From: an uncultured bacterium
GTDB taxonomy: Bacteria; Chloroflexota; UBA5177; JANWHV01
DNA length: 64,000 nucleotides
Reading direction: 5' to 3'
Assembly (NCBI GenBank): GCA_963827235.1
Contig: CAWHAE010000012.1
Coordinates: 64,001-128,000, forward strand
This document shows positions 10,208 to 19,268 of this stretch, in pieces (position 1 is the stretch's first letter; the number at the start of each line of letters is the position of its first letter). The notes under the pieces were generated by a model. The model was not told where the DNA came from. It saw only the letters and a program-made list of their open reading frames with translations, and made no database searches. A program made the translations under genes and the position numbers.

Positions 10208-11359
10208 TCACGCAGCAATGTCCTGCACGGTCCAGGTGGCACCGCCGGTCTTGCTGGCAAGCACCACGCCGTTGCCCGTAGCGACGTAACACGTGGAACT
10301 GCTGGGGCAGTCGAGAGCCAGCAGGTCAAGAGCACCCTGCCTGGTGTGAGTGCTGTTAAGCGCCGCCCTCCACGTGGCAGCACTGTCTCTGCTTATCCAG
10401 ACAGTCCCGTTCGCGCCGGCCGCGAAGCATACCTGGTTGGTCGGGCAGCTGACCTGGCGCAGCCCGCCTTGCGTGGGCGGATCCTTGCGGGTCCATGTAT
10501 CGCCCCCATCAGTTGTGCGATAGATAGTGCCCGTGCTTTCAAATCGTGAGCTCAGTACCGCGCTGCTGACCACGCACGTGGAACTGCTCGCGCAACTAAC
10601 GCTCACGAGCGTATCAAGCGTGTTGATGTGGTAGGCGGTCCAGGCGCTGCCGCCGTTCTTGGTCATGAGGATGGCGCCGAAGAGGCCGGCCGCGACGCAG
10701 ATGCCGGATCTCAAACAACTGAGACCATAGAACGCGCGAAAGACGTGAACCGGCCCGTTCGTCCAGGTATCGCCACCATTTGCAGTCGTCAAGAGGATGC
10801 CCTCGCCGGTGGCGATGCATTTGGTGCTGCTCCAGCAGCTGACACTGAACAAGGTACGGTCGGTCCGTGAGATTCGCTTGGCCCACGTGGCGCCGCCGTC
10901 GCTGCTCGCCAAGATTGCCCCGTTCCCGCCAACGGCGATACAGCGTCGATCCTGGCAACTGACGCCAAATAGATCCTCGCCGGAGTGTGAGACGCGCCGG
11001 ATCCAGGACGCTCCGCCATCCTCGGTCGCCGCGATGGCGCCGTCATGTCCGGCCACGACGCAGTTCGTGCTGTCCGAACAGCTCACGGAGGTAGGCAGCA
11101 TAGAATAGCGCGGTGCCGTCATGTCACCGCGGCTGTGGCCCGGTACGGCTGCTCCCGCGGCACCCTTCTGTGCCACGACAGCGGTTCCGCCGACCACATC
11201 GTGCTGCGGCCGGCCTCTGAGGACCTCATTGTGACTCGTGGCGACGATACCGCGCGACTGCGTACCGCCAGCCTGTACGGGGTGCGCTGCGCCTGTGGTC
11301 ACGACGATTGGTGCCAGGCATAGCAAAAGCGTGGCAAGTCGCTTGCACGTTACGCTCAT
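10208..11359 (-). CDS. Secreted Ycf48/BNR-repeat beta-propeller protein
   Basis: Repeated L..VSC.....C.A.G..G.I..T.DGG.TW units; signal peptide. Confidence 0.85.
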   Translation of the reverse strand: MSVTCKRLATLLLCLAPIVVTTGAAHPVQAGGTQSRGIVATSHNEVLRGRPQHDVVGGTAVVAQKGAAGAAVPGHSRGDMTAPRYSMLPTSVSCSDSTNCVVAGHDGAIAATEDGGASWIRRVSHSGEDLFGVSCQDRRCIAVGGNGAILASSDGGATWAKRISRTDRTLFSVSCWSSTKCIATGEGILLTTANGGDTWTNGPVHVFRAFYGLSCLRSGICVAAGLFGAILMTKNGGSAWTAYHINTLDTLVSVSCASSSTCVVSSAVLSSRFESTGTIYRTTDGGDTWTRKDPPTQGGLRQVSCPTNQVCFAAGANGTVWISRDSAATWRAALNSTHTRQGALDLLALDCPSSSTCYVATGNGVVLASKTGGATWTVQDIAA

Positions 11360-11591
11360 CTTCTCTCTCCGCATGTGTGAGGTGGCTGATGCAGTTTTCA
11401 GCTGTCCGGGCCTGCGCACGGCTACGCGTTCAAGCAGTGAAATGTCCAGCAAGGAGTGCTAAGCGACCATCAGTGCTCCTCCTCTCATCCGCCACTGCGA
11501 TAGCACCGCTGCTGAACGCTCTTCGCCGCCGACCACGCTACGGGAGTCGCCGCCCACAACCTGTATGCGTCGGCCAGCGAAACCCATACAT

Positions 11592-11609
11592 GTTGAACGG
11601 CAGTTCAAC
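11592..11609. promoter_or_regulatory. Palindromic operator GTTGAAC-GGCA-GTTCAAC (contains GAAC-N4-GTTC, LexA-box-like)
   Basis: 7-bp perfect inverted repeat; minus-strand TTGACA at 11621-11626. Confidence 0.4.
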
Positions 11610-11825
11610 TACTCGACTCGTGTCAAGGGATACCATGGGAATGCTGCGGTCCCGCGGGCCGGAGCCCAGAGCCACGTGTGCCTGTCGAGGCCAACCAGGA
11701 TGCGACCACACGCGCTAGCGACCAGTGCAGATCGGGGATCCGGTTGGCAGCGACGGCGCCAGCGCTACGTGTCGCTGCGATCTCACACCGTAGCTCCGCC
11801 TGATGACAGCGCACCGTGTCGCACC

Positions 11826-12752
11826 TCACGCCTTTGTGAGGCGCTGCTCGATGGTCTGGATACACGGTGCCTCACATGCTCGCGCCGGCCGGTCACCTGT
11901 CGCGCTACAGATGGCGGCCGTGAGGTAATTGGCGTTGCCGATAACTGCCCGCGCTACACTGCTGTTGGGGTGACAAAAGGCGCCGGCAATCGCGGCCCAG
12001 TCCATGTCCGCGCTGAGTACGCCCTCGTACCCGAATCCTGCCGCGCCCCAGAACCGCCCGGCAATATCCACAAAGGGCACGTAGCTGCCCATGTACTTTT
12101 GCTGCAGTTGCAGTTGCTGCGTGCTGGGTGTCTGGAGCGAGTGACCGTCACGATCCGCTTCCTCAACTGGCGTGAACGCTACATACGGGCTCGCGAACCG
12201 ACTACCGGCAAAGGTGAACGTGGCCAGATCACCATCCGTATCAGCCGATCGCGTGAGGCGGAGGTTGGAAAACGTGCCAAATCGGCTGAGCGCGTTGACC
12301 AGGCTCCAGCGTTCGGCGGCGCAGTTTGGGCAGGATTCGCTGCCCAGGAAGAGCACGTCCGGCCTGCCATTCGCGGTCAGCATCGGATCGACGATTGCTG
12401 TGAGCGGATTCCTCAGACCACCTGTGTTGATGGCAGCAATCACCGCTGGAGAAGCAGCTGTGGCTTGCTGCACGACGGCCGCGGGAGCCGCCTGTCCCAG
12501 CCACTTATTGGTAGGGCTCGTTGACACCATTGTGGCAGCAATGAGGAAAGCGAAGCACGCGAGAGCGCCCAGGGCAATGCCAGTGAGCGCGCTCAGTCCA
12601 AGAGGAGTGCGCCACCACGGCCGCTTGAACCGACGCCGGCGGTCGTGGGCACGCTTTCGCGATGCGCCGGGCCGCGCTCCTTCATGCAAGCGGACCTGTC
12701 TTACGCCTTTCTGATGGGAGCCGTGCCTGCTCGCTGAGCCCTGGCTTTCCAT
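11826..12752 (-). CDS. DUF929-family thioredoxin-like membrane-anchored protein
   Basis: TM helix; G.ESCPNCAAERW.L..ALSRFG.F, IG.ANYLTAAIC; GAGGAG RBS. Confidence 0.85.
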   Translation of the reverse strand: MESQGSASRHGSHQKGVRQVRLHEGARPGASRKRAHDRRRRFKRPWWRTPLGLSALTGIALGALACFAFLIAATMVSTSPTNKWLGQAAPAAVVQQATAASPAVIAAINTGGLRNPLTAIVDPMLTANGRPDVLFLGSESCPNCAAERWSLVNALSRFGTFSNLRLTRSADTDGDLATFTFAGSRFASPYVAFTPVEEADRDGHSLQTPSTQQLQLQQKYMGSYVPFVDIAGRFWGAAGFGYEGVLSADMDWAAIAGAFCHPNSSVARAVIGNANYLTAAICSATGDRPARACEAPCIQTIEQRLTKA

Positions 12753-12950
12753 GTCGATCTCCTCACAGGATTTCGTGCGGCCACACGCGCCGCATCCGCT
12801 TGCGCACCACTCATCGTGACAGCGCAAGGAGCACGCGCATGACATCGACGGGAACTCTGGCCACCTCTGCGCCATCTGAAGAGCTTGCAATACGTCGACG
12901 CACGTGGGCGACGATCACGCTGGTGCAGGCAGCTCTCATCGCCGCTCATC

Positions 12951-13085
12951 ATGGAACTGCCAGACGTTCGCGTCGACCAGGGTGCGTAGCCCGAAGTGCC
13001 TGTCTCGCGCCAGTGGTTACCGGTGTGATCCAGGGCGATTATCGGATTGCTAGTAAGCATGCCGACCTGCTGTGGGAGCGATGCA
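12951..13085 (-). pseudogene. Degenerate fragment of a third propeller-repeat gene
   Basis: Reads ASLPQQVGMLTSNPIIALDHTGNHWRETGTSGY/TLVDANVWQF, homologous to the N-termini of the two propeller genes. Confidence 0.7.
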
Positions 13086-14024
13086 GCAGTCGCAGAGCGC
13101 CTGGAACCCTACGACGTCCGCGTCCACCGCGGTGCGGTCGGACGAACTGCCTGTCTCACGCCAGAGGTTGCCGTCCATCCCCAAAACATATACGGTCATG
13201 CTGCCCAGTGCCTGGAACTGCACGACGTTACGGTCAAGCAGTTTGCGATCGGAGTCATTGGCTGTCTCACGCCAGAGGTCGTAGTTGGTACCCAAGACGT
13301 AGACGGTGGTGCCGTCCAGTGCCTGGAACTGCCAGACGTTCGCGTCCACCAGGGTTTTGCGGGACTGATTGTCGATCTCACGCCAGAGCCTGTCATCGGT
13401 TCCCAGGACGTAGACGGTGGTGCCGTCCAGCACCTGGAACCTGGAGACGTTCGCGTCGACCAGGGTTTTGCAGGACTGATTGCCGATCTCACGCCAGAGC
13501 TTGCCGTCGGTTCCCAGGACGTAGACGGTGGTGCCGTCCAGCGCCTGGAACCTGGAGACGTTCGCGTCCACCAAGGTGCGATGTGCGTGGTTGCCGACCT
13601 CACGCCAGAGCTTGCCGTCGGTTCCCAAGATGTAAACGGTGGTGCCGTCCAGCGCCTGGAACCTGGAGACGTTCGCGTCCACCAGGGTGCGATGTGCGTA
13701 GTTGCCGACCTCACGCCAGAGCTTGCCGTCGGTTCCCAAGATGTAAACGGTGGTGCCGTCCAGCGCCTGGACCTGCCAGACGTTTGCGGCGAGCAGCGTG
13801 CGGAGGCCCGGAGTGCCTGAGTCGCCCCAGACATTACGGTTGCTGTCCAGGACAATCACTCGATAGTTCGTGAGTATGCCGGCGTGCTGTGGGAGCGATG
13901 CTCGCTGAACTGACCCAAGTATGCCGGCGCATACCAGGGCTACCAGCGCAGCAAGTACCTTCAGCTGAAGTGACCCAAGTATGCCGGCGCACACCAGGCC
14001 TGCCAGCGCGGCAAGTACCTTCAT
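13050..14024 (-). CDS. Secreted beta-propeller repeat protein, 6 full 37-aa repeats, tandemly duplicated signal peptide
   Basis: Paralog of 5029-6042; KVLAALxxLVCAGILGS occurs twice (60-bp tandem duplication). Confidence 0.85.
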   Translation of the reverse strand: MKVLAALAGLVCAGILGSLQLKVLAALVALVCAGILGSVQRASLPQHAGILTNYRVIVLDSNRNVWGDSGTPGLRTLLAANVWQVQALDGTTVYILGTDGKLWREVGNYAHRTLVDANVSRFQALDGTTVYILGTDGKLWREVGNHAHRTLVDANVSRFQALDGTTVYVLGTDGKLWREIGNQSCKTLVDANVSRFQVLDGTTVYVLGTDDRLWREIDNQSRKTLVDANVWQFQALDGTTVYVLGTNYDLWRETANDSDRKLLDRNVVQFQALGSMTVYVLGMDGNLWRETGSSSDRTAVDADVVGFQALCDCCIAPTAGRHAY

Positions 14025-14193
14025 CGGAATACCTCTCTCGTGCTCGAACTTGACTTGTCCTTTCTCCGTAACTGCTCATCGTGCGCCGAAGTCTCCTTCC
14101 CCGTGTATCCCCGTCTCCTGAGCAAATAGTGCGCAGTCGCTGCTCCTCACCAACCTGAGTCACACCCGCCCTGGTGACCCTGCTCACATGGAA

Positions 14194-14621
14194 CGAACTC
14201 CGTGCGGAGCGGGCGGCACTGACGAGAGCATCAGCGCTACGACGATCACCGCGGCCATCACGGGAACGAACAGGTAGACCATGGCTGGTATCTCGGAGCA
14301 CCCGTCGAGCTATCTCACGTCTCGGTGAGCGGCGGCACGTCAGCCAGGCCGTGAGATGCCGCCTACGCACCGTGCGTCGATCTGCAGGGCCCATAGTAGG
14401 TTCACCCGCGCTCACCGGAACAGCGCAAACACTATCAAATACTGTCAATCCGGTTGGTGGAGCTCGAGGAGGGATCCAACTGACCTCCGTGCCCAGAGCG
14501 CGACAGCCCGCACCGTCTTCCCGGGACGACCTCGAGCCGGTCCTTTCTGCGGCTCAAGCCGTGCGCGAGTTGCCCGCCGCTGTTCCCCAGTTGATTGGCG
14601 CCGTCAACTGCCGGGTCGCGT
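14194..14621 (-). repeat. 428-bp cassette B copy 2 (32-aa peptide ORF at 14184-14282)
   Basis: Near-identical to 7579-8006. Confidence 0.9.
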
Positions 14622-15045
14622 TTGCCGCGCTGCTGCGCCGCGATCTATCTGCAACTGCCCAGCCGTGTGGACGATCGAACGCGGGCCGGTTCAGTAGAAG
14701 GCTATATGTGGAAGGGGTAGCCGTGTCGTCGTCATAATTGGCCACGTAGGCGCTCTTGCCGTTCGGCGTGATGGCGAGGCCCTGAGGATCACTGCCAACG
14801 TTGATCGCCGGGCCGGCCGTGTTGGTGGCGGCACCGGCCGCTCCGCTGCTCGGCGCAGCGCATGCCACCGTCGCCGGGCCGACCAGCAACGTCGCGACGA
14901 ACACGCCCGCACCGGCGTATGGATAGGCCAGTGGCGGGACAACGCGGGGATGGTCGTTGTGCGCCCGAGCGCCAGGTGCCGGTCCCAGGGCCAGCACGGC
15001 GAGCACGACCGCCAGCAACGCGACCAGCTTTCTCGTGCTTTGCAT
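14554..15045 (-). pseudogene. Chimeric ORF: N-terminus of a third tandem paralog, a YVTN/YncE repeat shard and the cassette B edge
   Basis: MQSTRKLVALL...PPLAYPY, then INVGSDPQGLAITPNGKSAYVANYDDDT. Confidence 0.7.
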
Positions 15046-15095
15046 CTCCTGCTCCTTCCTGCGCGGCGCCGGGCAGAGCGCCAGAAACACGCTGC

Positions 15096-15788
15096 TCAGC
15101 GGCGAACGGTCAGATGGTAGGTAACTTCTCCGGCCATCAAGACGGGATGACCGAACGAAAAGCGCAGGTCGACAGTATGCCGTCCCGCTGCCAGCGGCGC
15201 GACCATGACATAGATGCCGTCAACCTCCGCCGTGGTGATCCCAGGCCCGTGCACGCCCAGCTCATTGTCGGCCGGATACGAAACGCGGAAGAGCGGAGTC
15301 TCGAACCGGTAGCGGGTGAGCAGACTCGTGAGGTGCTCCCCATCCACCGTGACATCAGCTTCTGTCGCCGTATCCATGGTCTTCTTGGCGCAGCGGCACA
15401 GCGCCTCGGATGTTACGCTGTGCGCTGACGGGTTCTCGAAGTCCCACGCGGCAGCTGGATTGATGAGGAGCGCCTTGCCGGCAGGCACCGTACAGGTCCG
15501 GACATCGGTGCCGCCAAAGTTCGAGGTGAGGTGCCAGACCGGGCCGGACTGGCCCTCCGCGCAGCGTGCCCCGGTGCGGTCCCGCGCAGGGTCCTGCGCT
15601 TTGGGTATGGCCACCCACCACTGGAAATCCCGGACGGCCCATTCGCGGTACGAGTGCCCGTAAGGGTGCGCCTGGGGCGGGTACACGCTCGGCGGTGCGC
15701 TTGCCGCCCGGGCGGCAGGCGCGGGTCCCAGGGCGAGGATGGCGAGCACGACCGCCAACAACGCGACCAGCTTCCTTGAGCTTTGCAT
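15096..15788 (-). CDS. Secreted hypothetical protein (tandem paralog 2)
   Basis: Signal peptide; PYGHSYREW..W, C..GQSGPVW.L, RTCTVPAGKALL, DG.YVM.APLAAGRH; AAGGAG RBS. Confidence 0.85.
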   Translation of the reverse strand: MQSSRKLVALLAVVLAILALGPAPAARAASAPPSVYPPQAHPYGHSYREWAVRDFQWWVAIPKAQDPARDRTGARCAEGQSGPVWHLTSNFGGTDVRTCTVPAGKALLINPAAAWDFENPSAHSVTSEALCRCAKKTMDTATEADVTVDGEHLTSLLTRYRFETPLFRVSYPADNELGVHGPGITTAEVDGIYVMVAPLAAGRHTVDLRFSFGHPVLMAGEVTYHLTVRR

Positions 15789-15838
15789 GTCCTTCTCCTT
15801 GCTGCGCGCCGCCGGGCACAGCGCCGGAAACACGCTGC

Positions 15839-16525
15839 TCAGCGGCGAACGGTCAGATGGTAGGTAACTTCTCCAGCCATCGAGACGGGATGGCCGAACG
15901 AAAAGCGCAGGTCAACAGTATGCCGTCCCGCTGCCAGCGGAGCGAGGATGACCAGGGTGCCGTCGGCCACCGCCTTGGTGGTCCCTGGCCCAGGCACGCC
16001 CATAGAGTTGTCGCCAGGATACGCAAGCGTGAACAGGGGGGTCTGGAACCGGTAGCGCGTGAGCAGGTTCGTGAGGTGCACCCCATCCACGTTCACGTCA
16101 TCTTCTGTCACCGCATCCATACCGCTCTTGACGCAGCTACGCAGTGCCGCGAAGGTGGTGCCGCATTGCCCGGGCGAAGCTTCCACGAGGGCCGGCGAGA
16201 TGAGGAGCGCCTTGCCGGGGGGCACCGTGCAGGTCCGGATATCGGCGCCGCCCTCGTTCGACATGACGTACCAGACCGGGCCGGACTGGCCTACGGCGCA
16301 GTGCGCACCGGTGTGGTCCAACGTGGGGTTCTCCGGTCTCGGCGCACCCAACCACCACTGGACGTCCCGGACGAGCCATTCGCTGTACGAGTGGCCGTAA
16401 GGGTGCGACTGCGGCGGGAACACGTGAATCTGTGTGCTTCCCGCCCGAGCGGCAGGCGCCGGTCCCAGGGCGAGGATGGCGAGCACGACCACCAGCAACG
16501 CGACCAGCTTCCTCGTGCTGTGCAT
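15839..16525 (-). CDS. Secreted hypothetical protein (tandem paralog 1)
   Basis: Same family; directly downstream of riboswitch copy 3. Confidence 0.85.
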   Translation of the reverse strand: MHSTRKLVALLVVVLAILALGPAPAARAGSTQIHVFPPQSHPYGHSYSEWLVRDVQWWLGAPRPENPTLDHTGAHCAVGQSGPVWYVMSNEGGADIRTCTVPPGKALLISPALVEASPGQCGTTFAALRSCVKSGMDAVTEDDVNVDGVHLTNLLTRYRFQTPLFTLAYPGDNSMGVPGPGTTKAVADGTLVILAPLAAGRHTVDLRFSFGHPVSMAGEVTYHLTVRR

Positions 16526-16578
16526 GTCCTTCTCCTTCCTGCGCGGCGCCTGGCACAAGCAACCCGGCGCTCGACCAT

Positions 16579-16729
16579 GCCGTCGTGGCCGGATTCACCA
16601 GTTGCTCGCTGCAGTCCAGGGGTGACCAGACAAGAGCAGGCGTCGGCAAGAGAGGAGCGGTTTCGCCGCTCGCGGTGCTTGAGGCGTCGAACCCTTTCTA
16701 GGGCTGCAGGTCAGCGCATCCACTTCGAC
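16579..16729 (-). ncRNA. c-di-GMP-II-like riboswitch variant, copy 3
   Basis: Same 151-nt fold; P3 3' strand GGACUGCAG; TATAAT 16733-16738. Confidence 0.7.
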
Positions 16730-16824
16730 CCGATTATATGCCCGAATGTACGCCCTGCCATGAACAGCCAATCGCACAGTAGCGTGCACAGTTGCCGGAG
16801 CAACCACGACAGACTCCAGGCAGC

Positions 16825-17037
16825 GTCGTTCCTGCGCGCCGCCACCACGCCCATCCCGGCAGTGTCTACCACGGCTACCCCGCCAACCCTGATCGGCACG
16901 CCGACGATCTGGGTGCCTACGGCTGCAAAACGCGACTCATCGGCCCCAGCCTCGCGACAGGCTTGTGGCCGCGCCGCGTAGTGCCTACCATCGTGAGCAA
17001 GGTTGACAATGCATCTGCATGCAAGGGCCCGGTATGA
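16825..17037. repeat. ~210-bp flank shared by cassette A copies 3 and 4 (~25395-25609)
   Basis: Visible similarity ending at ...CAAGGGCCCGGTATGAC. Confidence 0.8.
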
Positions 17038-17181
17038 CACGCGAGTCGTCTGGCCACTCTGGCATTGCGTGCCGGAGCGACAACTGAAGAGCATGCTATG
17101 GGCGCAGGGCTTGCGTCTCAGCGTGCGGGTGCAGTTCCCTTCGCCGCGAGACCATGGCGCAGGTATTTAGCCTCTTGTTGT

Positions 17182-17650
17182 TTAGGAAAGTCCGGCAGTA
17201 GAGGAGCAGCCTGCCGTGCGTTCGCCGCCGGGCCCTGGCGCCCCCGCGGCGCTGGGAAGCAGGATGGCCAGCAGGGCAGCGATGTTCCAGGCATCGTCAC
17301 CGCCCCGGTGGTGCGTTCCCTCGAGCGGTAGCTGCGCGAAAGCCAGGGCCCGCGCCATGCCCAGCTCGCGCGGCAGCCGATGCCAGAAGGCGAACAGCGT
17401 CTTGGCGTTGACGTGGCTCGGCCCGAACGGATAGGCGATACCAAGGTCTCGGCACTGGTACTCGAACTGCTGGCAATCGTAGTCACCCCAACGGGCCCAC
17501 GCCTGCGAGCGGCTGAGGTAGTCGCGTTCGAGCACGCTGCACGCCTCGCCGAAGTCCATGCCCTGCTCCACCACCTGTGTGAGCGAGGTCAAAGCTGTGC
17601 AGTACTCGCTGTCCGTGGAGCGCGTGGGGCGGACCAGCAGGCTGCGGCGG
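17182..17650 (-). pseudogene. DEDDh 3'-5' exonuclease (ERI-1/KapD-like), N-terminally truncated
   Basis: LVRP..S..SEYCT.LT, WGDYD, HHRGGDDAWNIA; no ExoI D-x-E motif or plausible start. Confidence 0.8.
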
Positions 17651-17830
17651 TATATAGTGATGTATGAATCGCGGCAACAGGCAAGCGAACGCGGCGGAAA
17701 GCCGTGGCAAAGGCGCAGACGCATGCCCGGCAGAGCGGCATGTCCTACGTGTCGCTGCTCCCGCCCGTGAAGCTATTGCTGCCCCGCGCCGCGTGCAGGC
17801 GAAGCACAGTTGCCGGAGGGTGGGTCGACC

Positions 17831-18793
17831 ATGAACACCGCTGAGACGTCGACAGACGGCGGACAGGCCCCGGCGGAGGGATGGCAGGCGATGGCCCTGC
17901 GGCAGATGCGGCTGCAGCGCCGGTTGACGCGCGTAGCTCTGGCCCAAGCAGCAGGAGTGGACGAGAGAACGGTCGAGCAGATCGAGTCCGGCACCCTCGC
18001 CGCACCCAGCAGCGACGTATGGTCGTCCTTGATCCGGGTGCTCGACCCGAATCACCAGTTCGACTGGTCAAGTGAGCGGGCCCGGGAGAGAGCCTTCGCC
18101 GATCTCTCCAGCATTGATGCGACGGCGCAGGCGGCGTCTGGCAGTGCGGGAGCGCCGGACAGCCGGCCAAATGCCGTCTTCCCGGTGGAGATCGCTCCCA
18201 TGTCTGCATGGCTCACCGGCGGCAGCGGTGGCGTTCGCGCGGTAGCTGAGGCCAGGAACGCCGGCCCGGCGGTCGCGGAGGTGCACCTGGCTGTGCAGCT
18301 GCAGGATATCCGCCGCCTCTTCGAGGAGCTTCGCGACGGCGTGAGCAGGCACCTCGAGCAACTAGGCGGCAGTATCGACGAGCGATCTGCTGAGCGGATG
18401 CAGCTTCTCGCCAGCGATCTCGGCGACGCCATCCAGCAGGCACTCCACGCACCTGCGCCGGTACCCACGGGACAGGCCCTGGCGGTGAAGCTGGCGCCGG
18501 CACACCTCCTTGACCGGCTGGAGGAATGCCGCGCAGATGAGAAGACATGGACGGCCGCCGCCGTGCTGTTTGTCGGCGGCACCCTGGGCGTACTGGGCGG
18601 CGGTGCCGTGGCAGGCTCGGTTGCGGCGGGCGCGTGGGTCCTCTGCGTCGCCTTTGTCCTGGCAGCTGGCGTCTTCGCCTACCAGGCCTGGCAGGCGCGG
18701 CGACGCGCGGAGGCGCAGAAGAAATACATGCTCCAGGAGACTGTCGAGCCGGCTGCCGCCATGGCGGCACGGCAGAAGGTGGCAGCGCGCTAG
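17831..18793 (+). CDS. XRE-family HTH protein with coiled coil and two C-terminal TM helices
   Basis: LRQMRLQRRLTRVALAQAAGVDERTVEQIESG; hydrophobic hairpin near the C-terminus; GGAGG RBS. Confidence 0.75.
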   Translation: MNTAETSTDGGQAPAEGWQAMALRQMRLQRRLTRVALAQAAGVDERTVEQIESGTLAAPSSDVWSSLIRVLDPNHQFDWSSERARERAFADLSSIDATAQAASGSAGAPDSRPNAVFPVEIAPMSAWLTGGSGGVRAVAEARNAGPAVAEVHLAVQLQDIRRLFEELRDGVSRHLEQLGGSIDERSAERMQLLASDLGDAIQQALHAPAPVPTGQALAVKLAPAHLLDRLEECRADEKTWTAAAVLFVGGTLGVLGGGAVAGSVAAGAWVLCVAFVLAAGVFAYQAWQARRRAEAQKKYMLQETVEPAAAMAARQKVAAR

Positions 18794-18927
18794 CAGAGCG
18801 GACGGCGATCGGTCGTCGTGCGCGTACCAGAGCTTCGATGAGCCGGTAAGACCGCAAGATGCCGTGATCTTGCCGAACAGTGAGACCCAGCGTCGGCACC
18901 GGCTCTGAAGCTGAGGCCGGCGAGTGC

Positions 18928-19245
18928 ATGTACATAGCACGGACTGGCCAGTCTAGGACCTACACTACGCGTACGACCTTCCATCGCATCGCCGCGCTCG
19001 ACAGCGTGGCACTGGACGCGCAGCATCAGGACCAGATTCGGCTGCCGTGTGATACCCCTGTCGCCTTTCCGGAGACGGATCCGCTTGACCAGCGCGAACT
19101 TGTGAGGGGGACCGGTGGTGCCGAGACCATTCTCCTCTCTTGGCGTTCCGCGATCACCAAGAGCCCTTGTCCGAGTGTGAAGCACATCTGCCTGTGCGCT
19201 ACAAGTGCGACCCGCGGGGACCTGGAAGACGCCGGGTACCAGTGA
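18928..19245 (+). CDS. Hypothetical protein (possible fragment)
   Basis: ORF fills the gap; no recognised motif. Confidence 0.3.
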   Translation: MYIARTGQSRTYTTRTTFHRIAALDSVALDAQHQDQIRLPCDTPVAFPETDPLDQRELVRGTGGAETILLSWRSAITKSPCPSVKHICLCATSATRGDLEDAGYQ

Positions 19246-19268
19246 TGTGCGCCAGCCAATCCTGCCTA

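Noticed and set aside
16650-16715. Hammerhead ribozyme within the aptamer insertion (CUGAC...CGAAAC)
   Set aside because: The CUGANGA core is incomplete, CGAAAC is a hairpin loop present in only two of four copies, and there is no stem III/NUH site.
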